A DNA stretch of 64,000 nucleotides from Chrysomallon squamiferum (GCA_012295275.1 CM022677.1:10850001-10914000), one strand, 5' to 3'. Positions 41,600 to 55,443 are shown, counted from the first letter of the stretch. Notes: a model not told the origin generated them from the sequence alone. Program-made: numbers and translations.

Positions 41600-42430
41600 A
41601 GAAAGTCCACAGCTGCAGTTGGGTGATGTGGTGATTTCACATTTGAATCTGCCTGAGTTTAGGTTGGTCGAGTTGACGATTCTGAGTTTGGTCAGACTGT
41701 TGTTGTGTAGTTTATTGGTAAGTGTGATTTTAGGTGTTTTGGTGAGCGGTTTAGTACTGAAGTGCCAGATAAACGTTTTTAGTGTTATTCCATTCGTTTT
41801 GCCACTGTTTGTCGTAATGTCTGGCTGCGATGGATAGAACTTCGTTGTTCCATAGTGTGTGTCTGTGAAGATGTCTTTGATATTTAGTGAATCTTTGGCA
41901 TAATGGTCGGCAAGTTCATTGCCGATAACGTCAACATGTGCTGGTAGCCACTCAATGATAAGTTGTTTGTTGTTGTTTGGGATGTCTTCATGAAGGTGGT
42001 TTATTCTGTTGAGTAGGTCTGGAGGAATGTCCAGATTGTATGGAGGTGATGGAACTGAGGCTGTCTGAGACTATGACTCAGTGTTTGTTGTTACTGTGTT
42101 TTACCCATACCATAGCTCTGATGATGGCAAACAGTTCTGCTGTGTATTTTGTCAGGTCCTGTTTTTCTTTTTAAGGGCTTAATTTAATTCATTGATATTC
42201 AAGTGAAGATTGTATTTCACATGTTCTGTGTCTGTGGATTGTTCGTTAACTGCGAGGTTGTCTAATGTTTTATTTTTGTTGTTTTTTTTGGTGAATTTGA
42301 GTGGGAAGTTTGAATTGCTGCTTGATTTGGCGAAAGTTTCACCGAGTAAAACTGCTTTTTGTTTGTCAGTGAAAACGATGTTGTTTTTGTGAAACGTGTT
42401 TATTGTGTGGTCACTCTGGCACACATGTCT
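41600..42430 (-). mobile_element. RNase H-containing LINE (I/Nimb-like group) ORF2 remnant with the RT core deleted
   Basis: YTAELFAIIRAMVWV..VIVSDSLSSITSI..LIIEWLPAHVDVIGNELADHYAK (RNase H motifs), then KQWQNEWN, LTKLRI and SPNCSCG (C-terminal CCHC region). Upstream KQKAVLLGETFAKSSSN..NINELN*AL..GPDKI is the pre-RT segment. Stops and frameshifts throughout. Confidence 0.88.
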
Positions 42431-42884
42431 TTGACTGATGTTTGTGCTTGATGTTTTTTTTTTTTTTTTTGTTGTTCCCAGTCTTGTTGTTTTGCAATAA
42501 GAATTAGGTTAGATACTTCTTTTTTAGCTACTTTGTTTGTTTTGTTTTAGGTGAGGAATGATTTTTTGTTTTATTGTCTTTATTATTATTATTATAGTTA
42601 TTATTATTATTAATATTATTATTATTATATTTATATTTATTATTATTATTATTAGTAGTAGTAGTATTATTGTTGTTGTTGTTGTTGTTATGTTGAGTAT
42701 TAGAACGGTCCAAATATCAAACATTATTTTTCTCTTGAATTTTGCTTGCAATTTGTTTGTGATATAAAACACGTGTTGTTCCAGCGTGCGTCTGTTCGCA
42801 CATATGTATGTTTGTACCGTTTCTGTCTGTATGCATCGATAAATATGTATATTATTATTGTTATTGTTGTCGATGTTGTTGTTG

Positions 42885-42915
<31 letters not shown>

Positions 42916-43061
42916 AAATAATAAGGGTGGAATAATAAACTAACAGAAGGACATAAACATATTATAATAAATATAAACATAATGGTGAACATATTAAAAT
43001 ACTGGTAAAAATAAACTCCTCAATTTCAAAATTGTTTAAAATTGGAAAGAAATAACTGTAT

Positions 43062-43290
43062 ATTAACGAAGTGCATTTGAAAGAAATGGGTTTTTGGTGG
43101 TGTTTTGAATGTAGTTGTTGTTTCAGGCTCGTTGATGTTACTTTGGGAGCGACTTCAACAACGTCGGTGCTGCGAAACTGAAACATCTCTGGCCATGTGT
43201 AGTTGTTCTAATCTTAATGAATTCTGTTGTTGTAGTCCTGCTTGCCCTGTAGACTTCCAGCAGGACGTTGACGTACTCTGGAGAAAGGCG
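43062..43290 (-). mobile_element. L2/CR1-group LINE ORF2 3'-end remnant
   Basis: LSPEYVNVLLEVYRASRT...THGQRCFSFAAPTLLKSLP, then after a frameshift NINEPETTTTFKTPPKTHFFQMHF. This matches the L2 C-terminal consensus YG.RAFS.AAP.LWN.LP..IR.....FK..LKTHLF. Confidence 0.85.
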
Positions 43291-43485
43291 ACTGGAGAAG
43301 TTCCTTCATTTTGAAGTTGCACCTGTGTCTGTGTGCACAAACTGAATCAAAATGACGGTTTTCTCAGGGATACACTGAAATCCAGTTCATCAAACATACA
43401 CACATTTTCATGGACGTATAGAAACATAGGTAAAAATATAAACACAAAGGTTCACATATCCATGGAAGGGTGAAAGTTTTGTTTA

Positions 43486-43774
43486 TCAGGTATAAAACAC
43501 AGCTGTAGAAACAAGGTAGTTGTATACAACCCATGAAGTATGGCTGACAAGATTGGTATAAAGGTTTTCAATGCTGAACATCCAAGGAAACCATCGAAAT
43601 GGAGACAACGTGAATCTGTGTGTGAAATATCAGCTGAGAACATTTCCAAAGCAGGAAGCCACAATCCCATTAACAACAACAATTCCAGTCAAATGTTTTA
43701 ATGATGTGTCAATAATTTGTGTGTTAGTATTTGTACACGGTTCTCTCAATATGCGTCCGTCCTTGTGTCATTGT
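43486..43774 (-). pseudogene. Hedgehog/Hog-type Hint domain C-terminal fragment
   Basis: Frame absent from the ORF track: TQIIDTSLKHLTGIVVVNGIVASCFGNVLS*YFTHRFTLSPFRWFPWMF. It matches the Hint C-terminal motif G(T)IVVNGxxASC(Y/F) followed by H....P.RWFP. Stop at 43630-43632. No N-terminal CF motif found. Confidence 0.65.
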
Positions 43775-44477
43775 CTGTATGTGTGACAGAATAAAGCTAT
43801 AGCTAGATAAACTAGATAAACAAACAGTGTTAATAATTATACAGACATGCAGAGTTTTGTGATCAGTTTGATTACGTAAAGCCAGACGTCAAAACAGGTA
43901 TTCTTGTCTGTCCAGTGAATGATCTGCATTTCTGAGGATTGAACAATTATGAGGGCCTTCCGCAAGTCGCAACGACGTCTGGGTAGCTGCTGTTATCTTC
44001 TTCTATGGCAGTGTTCTATGAACGGTTTCATCGCGTCTCAGCTGTTAATTAAAATGTTGAAGAAATGTGGACTAACGTAGATTCTGGGCTCCTCTAGAAT
44101 TAGAACACTGAAACTTAAACTTCATTAGCTTCCTAACAGACCCGCCCCTGCTGTTATCGGATTTGAAATATCGTTCGTTAGACGGTCTTTGTTTTGGCTC
44201 AGTGGTTTAATGCTCAGTTAGTTAATCCACCAGAACAAAAAGTAATCTTTCTGATAATCATATCTTTGCCCCAGTCTTTGTAATGAATGGTTCAGAATAG
44301 TCGGAGAAGCGAATATTGTTGTCATTAAGTATTTAAATTAAAGAGTCGCCATCTGAAAATGTTTGTTTTAAGATAAAATTAGATAAAGTTTTGTTGCCAA
44401 TAACTGAATTGTTTTTCATCACAGACTTCACAGACAAAATAACAAACTGGGACAGAAAGTAAACAACACTAGCAATA

Positions 44478-44530
<53 letters not shown>

Positions 44531-45018
44531 TGATTATCTGTAATAAGTTTGAGTTCAAATGTTGTAGATGTTTCTGTTTTAAAACAAAAATTTTGGTTAT
44601 CAAAAATTATAATCAGTTAATTTAAGAAATACATTTTGAAAAAAATCAGCAACAGAAAACCCCATTAATATGAAACCGAAGAAATTTGTGATCAAGCTCA
44701 CGGACATTGCTTGACTTGTCAAGGCCACTCTGTGTAATTCTGAGAACGTAACATCAGCTGTGGAGAAGGGTCTGATACGGCGACAGTGACAACGTGGCAC
44801 TCATGAAGACAGACTCTGCTCTGCTGTGTACAACTCAGCTGTGTACATCTTCACCCACTTTTGTCCAAGTTGAAGAAACACTTTGTTCAGTGAAATCAGC
44901 AGTAAATTTGATTCTTGAATCTTTTGTTAAATTTAATTTAAAACTACAAAATAAACTACAGAATAAAAGTAGTTCAGTCACACTTGAAACACACACACAC
45001 ACACACACACACACAAAT

Positions 45019-45053
<35 letters not shown>

Positions 45054-45117
45054 CACACACAAATAACACAAGTATAATAAAGTCCAGAGCAACTTAAAAT
45101 AAATTTTTTAAAAAGTG

Positions 45118-45730
45118 ATTCATAAATAAACTGACAGAAAACCACCTTTGAAGCAAAATTAAAATATTTTCTTTTAACAGTTTTGTTAGTTTAGTCAAAA
45201 ATAAATAAAAAATAAAAAATAAAAAATAAAATAATAATAACAATAAATAAATAAATAAATGCAAATAAAAAATAAAATAATAAATAATTAAATAAATAAA
45301 TAAATAAATAAAAAGTCCTCAGTGAGTTGACACAAAGCTGCGGAGTGTTGTTTACTTTGGTGTGCTGCACGTGTCAGTTGCTTTAAGCGATTATCCCAAC
45401 TGTGTATAAGTTTCTCCAACATCAAACAAGAAGTAAATCCGTAAAGACCAGTCATTTTTCCACAAAATAAACTACACAAATACAATACTGAAAGAAAAAG
45501 CAAATAAAATAAAACAAAATAAAGCAACACAACCACCTCTATTAAAATAAACGTACTAATTGTAAATCGATATTTTGTTTTTGTTTTTTTATAGAAAATT
45601 TCTTTTCACCTCATTATTAGCCAATCATTGACTGTAAGATCTTTCAAATAAGAGATGTTGGTATTTTGTCCCCTTCTTCTTCTTTCTTCTTATTTATTTG
45701 TTTATTTATTTATTTATTTATTTAATGCAC
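45118..45730 (+). repeat. Diverged direct paralog of ~18380-19250
   Basis: Same ordered blocks as listed for 18380-19250. Confidence 0.8.
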
Positions 45731-46258
45731 TCTTCTGGTAGATTTTAAAATATCAAGGTAGTGTTTACTGATTACGATATCTTCCAGCCTCTCATGAAAT
45801 TCTCCATCAACTGCAGAAAGAAGACGATTTACTTTCAGTCCATGCATTTTCAGTTTCCTGAGTGAATCAGAATTTACACATATTTTCTCAAATTTTCACA
45901 ATCAGCATATTTCACCAAAATGTAGTGTTTCTCAGAAAGGCTAAAACAAATGGGTTATTGCTTTAACAGTCTTTCACAACAACCTTTTGAAAATATGAAT
46001 AACAAATTTAACATGGTCTTGGTCGTAAAGATGATTTTCTCTTAACTTAATCCATACTCAGCATTTGAACAATTTAGTTGAAGTGAAACGCGATGATTTT
46101 TAACAGTTGAAAACATTGAATATGTCAGTGAATTGTCTTAGGTTAGTCGATAGTTCTGCTTTCAAAATATATCTTTTTTAAGTTACTGAGAATAAAAAAG
46201 TAAAATAATAATAAAAAAACATCAAGTGTGAGACATGTACGCAGTTTAACACAATGTT

Positions 46259-46309
<51 letters not shown>

Positions 46310-47623
46310 CAACAAACATGATGATGATAATTATTTAAACAGTTTAAGTTAACATTTATCTATTTTCTGTTTATTTACTGATTTTTCTAAGATGAAGTGG
46401 GAAGTATTTTAAACGTATACAGAATATATTCAAACTGCTTGTTTCATCATACGACAATGGAATATTTGGAAGTAATACAAAACATATTTAACATTTTAAC
46501 ACACTAAAAAAAGAAAGAGTGCAATTATATCTTCATAATCATATCTCAAATACATATTATTGTAAATATCCTTGCCAGTATTAACAAAATTTTATTTTCA
46601 CTTGTCTGATTTTTTTTTTTTAGATTGGTTACTACTGTTTTTCCACCATAAATTTATTTTAAGGAATAAAAATGAATGACCGATAAATAAAAAGTAATTA
46701 GTGTTAGAAATAACACATCTAACAACATTAAATTAGAGCTATTCTATTTATCAGTTACTGTGTTATTATACATTTGAGGATTATGTGGATTTTGTTTTCT
46801 TTCTTCTTTATTTTTTAAACTTTGTTTTGATGAAAACAGTTGTGTTTCTCTATTAAACACAAAAATAAATAATTTGATTTGCTTTAGCAAATAGCAAGAC
46901 ATCCATAGTTTTCTGAACAGCTGAAAAGAAAAGTAAAAAAAGAAAAGAAAAACTAACACGTGTTATTTCTCTGAAGAAAATTAGCTATCTAGGACAAAAT
47001 GGTCGAAAAATAAAGTGAATACTATTTCTGTGTTCAATGCAGGAAAATGACGTATACATTTGTAGTTCTGTTACTAACACAGTAATGTAATTCAAAATTT
47101 AAAAACACAAGAAATGTCAAGTAACTCATAAATATTAATCATAACAACAACAATAATAATAATAATAATAATAATAACATAATAATAAAATTATAAATAA
47201 TAATAATAACAATAAAATAATAACAATAAAATAATAACAATAATAATAATAACAATAATAATAACAATAATAATAATAATGATAATAATAATAATGTGTA
47301 TAAACAGGTAAACAAAATAAAATTAAATACAAAAAATAAAAATAAAAAATAAAAATAAAATCACAAATCTTAGAACTCACTCTACAGTATTGTTACTAAC
47401 TGTCTTCCAGGAAGTACTCAGTGTTTCAAAGAGGTCTGAAAAAAATATGATAGTAAAAATGTTTTCATATATTTGTGAATTGTACTGTTGTAACATTTCT
47501 TTTGACCTTCAAAACATAAATGATGTGCGTGTGTGTTTCAGTTTAATACATGCAGTTGATAATCTATATACAACAGCTTTCAAATATTACTACTCTTCCT
47601 TAGATCATGCTATATCTTTATTT

Positions 47624-47668
<45 letters not shown>

Positions 47669-48159
47669 AAACAAGTTCAAAATTAACAAAACATTATATT
47701 TTGTTCAGTCTTCCGCAAATAAATGTAATTATATTTGTATTCAACATGGACCACTGCATGGTCAGGTTTCATATAAAAGAAGTATTCTGAGTTATGGGCC
47801 TTTGTTTTGTATGTTCGAGAAGTTTTAACGAACGTCTTTAAGATTTGCAATAAAATGTATGCAGTATTGTAAGTAGTGACGTCAGTAGCACTTACCCCAC
47901 ACGACCAGTGTCGCCACCTGAACAGAAATAACACGTATCAGTTGTTCATTGTTTACTCAGTGCAACAGTCGTGATTATTTTTATATTATTAATTTATTAT
48001 TTAACTGTATTACTGACACCGGCGTTATGGCTGCTGTTCATGTTGTTATGTGGCAGCTGTTTCTTCTCGTTATCATCAGCACCATCATCATTATCATTAT
48101 TATTGTTATTGTTATTGTTCTCCTTACTGTTTGTGGTGTTGTTGTTGTTGTTGTTGTTG

Positions 48160-48197
<38 letters not shown>

Positions 48198-49697
48198 GTT
48201 GTTGTTGGTGGTGGTGGTGGTGTTGTTGTTCTTTCATAAATATATTATGGTTTAGTAGCAAGAAAACAACAACAACAATAATAAATCAATCAATCAAAGC
48301 TAAAAACATAGTACTTAATATTATAGATAGACAGGTATGTAATTAAAGTATTTAAGATAATTCAGTCAGCTACTGCATTTTTGTATTTGACTGTATAATT
48401 GTATTTAATATTTTCTAGATAGGTCATTAAACTGGGTACTATTAAATACTAGCACTAAAATCATGTACTACGTAATTTTTAAAACTTTATTAGTTTCCTC
48501 TTTAATATATTATTAAAAGCTAGACCATAAACACGATGTACGTATAAGAGACTGGATTTGTTTAAATATGTGTTTCATAGCGTGGGCTTGCAGTGCCCGA
48601 TCAGTTTAAACTATTACCTCCCCCTAAACCAGAAGTTTTGTTAATTCTATTTTCGGAATTACACATACGTTAAATTTATCTTTCTATTTATTTATTTATA
48701 AAATGCAATTGCGTCTTTTCAGACATCAAAATTTAAAACAAAATTATAATAGAATTAAAGTGGAATTGCATTAAAATATTGTGGTTAGACGTCATGGCTT
48801 TGATGCATGCTGGAATCAGTTCATTTCCAATATGTTTTATATTACTCAACTGCTAAAATCTAGATTTCAGTTTACACTGGTAATTTCTAAAATAAAACAG
48901 TTTTAACGATGCAAACTATGCACAGCCTGTGCTGATGCCAGTTGAGGAAGATTTGAACACGAATACATCAGAACTTGAAATTTTACAAGAAACAATTAAC
49001 CTTTTAAAAATACGTGGGTATGATTGAAATGTATAGATATTAGATCTTCCAATGAAACTGACGTCATAGACTGTAATTCCGTCACAGCTTGTATCAGTCA
49101 TTTCCTTAGTAACAATTAAGTATTGAAAGACTTTAAATGTGAATAATGAAAAAGCAGGATGTGTATGCAAAGTGAAATTTTACGTCTTCAGTGAAAGATT
49201 CAGTATTGTATTTCATTCCATTACAAAGGAATTTGTGAATATCATTTTTCTTTGACGTTGTTTATTCAAAATGAAATTTTAAAATGTCGATGAATGCGTT
49301 AGGTAAGTACTTTATCTAATTCCGTCAGATTAATATAAATGACCTGTGAAATAGAAAACTCCACCAAAGTCGTTTTCACTATCAAACATGAAATAAACTC
49401 AGAAATAAAACACAGAAATTACCTTTATTAATCGATGGAACATTCATAAATATGGAAGCAACTGATAAAATAATTTTACAACATTTAGAAGATATTTAAC
49501 CTTATTTAAGAAGTATCTTCAATTAAAATACACTTACCATAGTACAAACTAGTTATTGTGTTGATTTTATATCGCGTCAAAAACATGTACAGACAGTAAA
49601 ACATGAAATTAATGCGCGAGTTAAACTAGTGCGAAAAATCTCTTGACTCATTAATGTAAAAAGCATTTTTTTCTTTTTTTTTTAGCATTCACAGCTA

Positions 49698-50094
49698 CAG
49701 TGGAGCCTCGTGTTACGAACGTCTCGAAGTACAAACAGATCGGATTACGTCATCCTGGGCAACTATTGTCTCGGTTTACAAATAACGTCATCCCGCGTTA
49801 CGAACTACAGCGACGCATCACGACAAGATTTCTTTTCGCAGCTGCAGCTCAACAGCTTTTGCATTGAGATTGCGCGCTCGCATTTTTTAAAGTGTTGCTG
49901 CTTTTATGTGTATATTTTTTTTATTATACTCTATCAAATATGGCGCCCAGGAAAACAAAAGGTGAAAGAGACAATGCTGGTGGAAAGTATTAACGTATCA
50001 CTGAATAATTGCAAAACGTTCCTGTGTCTGACATCACTTCGGTTTACGAACCGAATTCTGGAAAGAATTAAGTTCGTAACTCGAGGTTTCACTG
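49698..50094 (+). mobile_element. Non-autonomous Tigger/pogo-like (Tc1/mariner superfamily) element, 397 bp
   Basis: TA on both sides (49696-49697, 50095-50096). 23-bp TIRs CAGTGGAGCCTCGTGTTACGAAC vs revcomp CAGTGAAACCTCGAGTTACGAAC (3 mismatches). Subterminal TTACGAAC repeats. Internal MAPRKTKGERDNAGGKY*RIT resembles a Tigger transposase N-terminus. Confidence 0.9.
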
Positions 50095-50876
50095 TATTGA
50101 ACAACAACATATTACATAACATGGTCTCCGTACTGAAAACTTTTCACGCAGCTGTAACTATCTTTATTTAAAAAGTATTTCAGTTAAAATAATTTATCAT
50201 GGTTTAAACTAGTTTTGTTTTGATATAATACCGCGTAATAAACACGTAAAACATGAAATTAACCTAATGCGAAAAAATATGTTTGCGTCGTTGACATTAA
50301 TATAACGAGCATTTTTTATTTTAATTATTTTATTTTATTACTTCTTTAATTATTACAAGTCTATAACTAGTACTAGCAGTCCACTGATTTGACACTGGTA
50401 AACCTGCTTAGCGGTCACAACCATTTATTAATATCAACAACAAAACATTTTGTTTCTTGGAAAGAGTCGTGTTACAGAACACGGTTTTTTAAGTGAAAAC
50501 TTTTGACTCGTAGCTGTAATAATAAATAATACACTGTGCAATATGTGTATTACGATAGTTGGAAAACAAAACAAGTAACAAATGTGTTACAGTGCATGCA
50601 TTAATTAATTCGTTCATTTTTACAGTATTTATATATTTATTCCTGAAATATGAACGTCTGCTGCTTACAGATCGTTTGTAACATTTGTGTTGATTAACAA
50701 AATAAATTAGCAAACAGACAAATATGAAAACGTTTTATAAATCACAGTTAATGCCAGATGTCGTTTTTTGTGCGCATTACACGAGTATTTCTCGTTTGAT
50801 TAACAAACTTATTTCCAAAATAATGTGGAACAACAAACTAAAATGAATAAATAAAATAAAGAAAGAAACAAGAAGA

Positions 50877-50927
<51 letters not shown>

Positions 50928-51157
50928 GAAATGAATAAAGAAATAAATATACAGAAGGGAAAACAAAAAAGAAAAAACAAACAGAAATTCGCATGAAAAT
51001 AAAATAAAACACGGATTTTAAATTTATCTACGGTATCAAAAGAACAAAGGATGCAGGTTTTTTATTTCTGTTTTACAAGGTAAAATACTTACATTTTCTT
51101 CGAATTAAAAAAAAATATATGAAGCATTTTTTACTATTTATCTTTCAGATCCTTCCG

Positions 51158-51234
<77 letters not shown>

Positions 51235-51605
51235 GATAAAATTGAAATAACTAAAACTGTTTATGGAAAATAAAAAGAAACAAAAAGAATCTTTGACAAG
51301 AAAAAGTGATATTATTTTATATTTTCATAATCTGATCGTTAACAGTGTATAACTAGGAATAAAGTAATTAACTGTTACCTGTTTCGATGTGTTACGTTGT
51401 GTGTGCAAATAAACGTACTCGTACAACGGTGTTTGTGTGTCTGTGTGTGTGTGCCTGTGTGTGTGTGCCTGTGTGTGTGTGCCTGTGTGTTTGTGTGTGT
51501 GTGTGTGTGTGCCTGTGTGTTTATGTGTGTGTGTGTGTCTGAAGACAGAAGTAACGAGGTAGTAGTTTCGTTTGCACCCACATTTTTCTTTCTATCACAG
51601 ATAAC

Positions 51606-51705
<100 letters not shown>

Positions 51706-51820
51706 ATGAGTGCGCGCGTATATACAGTCAGGTAGTCAGGGGTCACAGAATAAGAAAAAGCTAGGTATGTAGAAAGATGACAGAAATATATATAAACAAT
51801 CATATGGAACGACTGACTGC

Positions 51821-52093
51821 TAATGATAATTACAGACTACACAGACAAACACATACTATAATGATAATTACAGACTACACAGACAAACACATACTATAAT
51901 GATAATTACAGACTACACAGACAAACACATACTATAATGATAATTACAGACTACACAGACAAACACACACTATAATGATAATTACAGATTACATTAGTAA
52001 ATACAGACTATAACAATAATTACAGTCTACATTGATAAGTACAGACTATAATAATAAGTACAGACTACACTGATAATAAGTACAGACGCACTG
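51821..52093 (+). repeat. 38-bp minisatellite, ~4 near-perfect copies decaying into ~19-bp subunits
   Basis: Unit TAATGATAATTACAGACTACACAGACAAACACATACTA starting at 51821, 51859, 51897 and 51935. Confidence 0.93.
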
Positions 52094-52199
52094 TGATGTA
52101 CTGATTTATGTATGTATGTATATATGTATCTGCATGTCTGTGTGTGTGTCTGTGTTTGTTTGTGTGTGTGCGCGTGTGTGTGTGTGCGTGTGTGTGTGT

Positions 52200-52741
52200 T
52201 TAAAAAGTTTCCACCCGTCAGGTATTTTAGTTACTGCTAGAAGTCTTACGAGGGAATTCTCTGTGGTTAACAGGTTGAAACAATCATTTAGTGGATTACA
52301 AAAGTTTACATGTCAGCTGTAGTGTTCTCATTGTTAATTCAGTTTCCACGTTTTTCACATCTAATTTCATTTTGTTTTCTTTCTTACTAAATGATAGCTT
52401 TCATACGAGATGCTAAATTAGCATTTTTGCTGTCAACATGTGTTAAATATACTAATATTTGAGATAATAGAAATTTGTATACAAACAATAATAATAATTA
52501 AAAATAGAAATCAGCTGTTTAAAAGACAAATACAATACGGTGACATTAAAAGAACTAGTACTATTGTAATATTTTGCTCTAAAACATTTAATAGAAATAG
52601 GTGAATTCACAGAAAATAAATTATTTTAGATCTTGCACGTGCATCAGATAGCCTTGGCGCAATATCTTGAAGTTTCACTTTCTAACTGAAATAACTGTAT
52701 TTAACACGTAAATTTACCTAAAAACACCGTCTTCTTCTTCT

Positions 52742-52831
<90 letters not shown>

Positions 52832-53189
52832 GTCTCTGTCTCTGTGTGTATGTGTGTATGCGTGGGTTTAGTCAAATATTAAATCAGTCTTTCAGTTGAA
52901 AAATACAAAAATCTGTTTTAACTGAAATGCCAGCGAAATATTTTACATTGTCACTAATACTAATACTAATACTCATAAAAATAAAAATAAAAATAATTAC
53001 AGACTGTAAAATTATTAGGCAAAAAAATAAAACGGATAAAACATACTCGTATTTTATTTTCTGAGTGTTTAGCATGGGTTACACTGGTAAATAATTTTAG
53101 AAACAAAACGTTTCCCTCTCTATCATTTTGCAGCTGTGTTTTTCTTATTAGTGTTATGTGCAGTCGTCATAGCAATCGTAGTAGTAGTA

Positions 53190-53221
<32 letters not shown>

Positions 53222-53419
53222 GGTAATAAACAGTAAAAATAGAATTCGCAATATTGGTACAAGTAGTAGTAGTAGTAGTAGTTGTAGTAATAGTATTAGT
53301 GGCTGTAATAGTAATGGTGGTTACAGTAGCAGTAGTTGTGGTAGTTATAATGTTATTCGGGTGATCGTTATCGTAGTGTGTAGTAGATGCAATACTGGTG
53401 GTTATGTTACTAATAATGC

Positions 53420-53471
<52 letters not shown>

Positions 53472-53960
53472 CGTATATACATACATACAATGAGACACAT
53501 ACATACTCGCTTACACTCATGAACCTTTAAGAACTAATCAAGTGGTGGTATCAAATGTATTACGTTTTTTGACAGAGTTGCTTTTTCTCAAAGTATTAAA
53601 GTGTTTTCACTGTGCATTATAGTTGTAAGAAACAAAGTTATATTTTGTTAGCGCCAAATCAGTCTTAGCACATTGTGTAAGTTCATTCCCGAAAGATTTC
53701 ATCAATGTGAATTGCGCGGTATTTAGTGTTCACATTTAGTATTATGTGTGTGGCTATGTAAGTGTATTTTGTACGTGTTTTATCGATATTATCTACATTA
53801 TGTGTATCATTGTGTGTGTGTGCATCAAAATAAGTATACTTTAGTGCGTGTTTTGACTTTTCTTTTTTTTAATCTTTTTTTATCTTTTTTTTTTATCTAT
53901 GTTGTCCTATATGATATCTGTATTGCTGTCTATATCAACAATTTCATTAATAATAATAAT
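52200..53960 (+). repeat. Direct duplication unit C, copy 1 (paralog ~55887-58110)
   Basis: Continuous similarity from CCACCCGTCAGGTATTT to GATATCTGTATTGCTGTCTATATCAACAAT, including orthologous (TC)n and (GTA)n tracts. Confidence 0.93.
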
Positions 53961-54489
53961 AATGATAATAATAATAATAGTAGCAGTAGCAGTAGCGGTA
54001 GTAGTAGTAATAGTAGTAGCAGTAGTAATAATAACAATAATAATAATAACAATAAGAGGAAGAAGAAGAAGAAGAAAAGAAAACATTAAAACACTAGTTT
54101 AATACACGTGTGTGTGTGTGCGCGCGCGCTCCCGCTTCTATCTGTGTATGAACATATTTGTGTGTTAATGTTGCTGTAGATATATTTGTGTATTTATACA
54201 CGAATCAATATTCTGTTCTGTTACGTTTAGACTGCACAATGGGAATAATCTGTGTGTATACATATGCGTGTGTTTCTATATGAGGGTATTTATGTCAGTA
54301 TGTATGTGTTTCTGTATGTAGGTAAAATTATTACAGTTAATGTTCATATTCGTGCGATTATTGTTATTGCTGTAAAATAAATAAACAGATCCAAAAACTG
54401 AAACAACAACAGCAACAGCAACAATAACAACAATAATATTAATAATCAGACGCAGAATAAACTAAAAAATGATAAGTAAATAAAAAAAA

Positions 54490-55396
54490 ATTCAGATCTG
54501 CGTTTTCTTTTTCTTTTAACTAACCATTTCCTGCATTTTTTTGTTTATTTAACGTGGTATTATTATTTGATGAATTATTGTAAAATTGCTATTTCATTTA
54601 ATGTTTTTCATTTAATTTTATTTATTTATTTTATTTATTTAATTCATTTATTTTAGTTTAAAAAGGAAAGGCGGAAGAGATCACAGTTTTGTAACAACCA
54701 TCTTTATCAGTGTAAATTATAAAAAGTTCAGAAAATTGACGTAAAATAATTGAATTTGGAAGTTTAAAAACTTCTGTGACCTCACTGAAACTTCCGGTCC
54801 AAATCCAAGATGGCAACATCGAACGCCGATCAATATTTACACACTTTTAAACATGTAGACCTTTATAATGCAATAATTCTACATGAATCATTAAAAGTAA
54901 TTTGGAGAAGTATGTCATATAACCAATGCCTCTTATACATAGATGGCTAATACTGTATAGCAATTACTGAAAAATGTGGTAACATTTCTTTATTTATTCT
55001 TTTTTTATTCTGTTTTTCTCTCTTTTTTTTTCTGACGTTGACGTAATATACCATCTCGTACCCATTTCGTACTACTTTTTTTTCACATATTATTATGACA
55101 TCGCCAGCCAAAAAAAAAAAATAATAATAATAATAAAAAGTAAAAAAAGTAAAAAAAGTAAAAAATAAAAATAATAAAATAAGTAAATAAATAAAATAAA
55201 ATAATTGAAATAAAATAAATTAAAATGAAATAAATAGTTTTCACTGTCGCTGGTTGGATGGATGGATATATCCATATAAATACACACACATACATACATA
55301 CATATATACATACACACACACGTGTATAGGAATGATTATGTATTTGTATGTTTAGAAGATGATTAGTATGTATGTGTATATAAAATGATAAATAAC

Positions 55397-55443
<47 letters not shown>

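Noticed and set aside
49710-50171. 153-aa ORF as a transposase
   Set aside because: It lies across a 397-bp MITE in a frame different from the short MAPRK remnant and has no HTH or DDE motifs.
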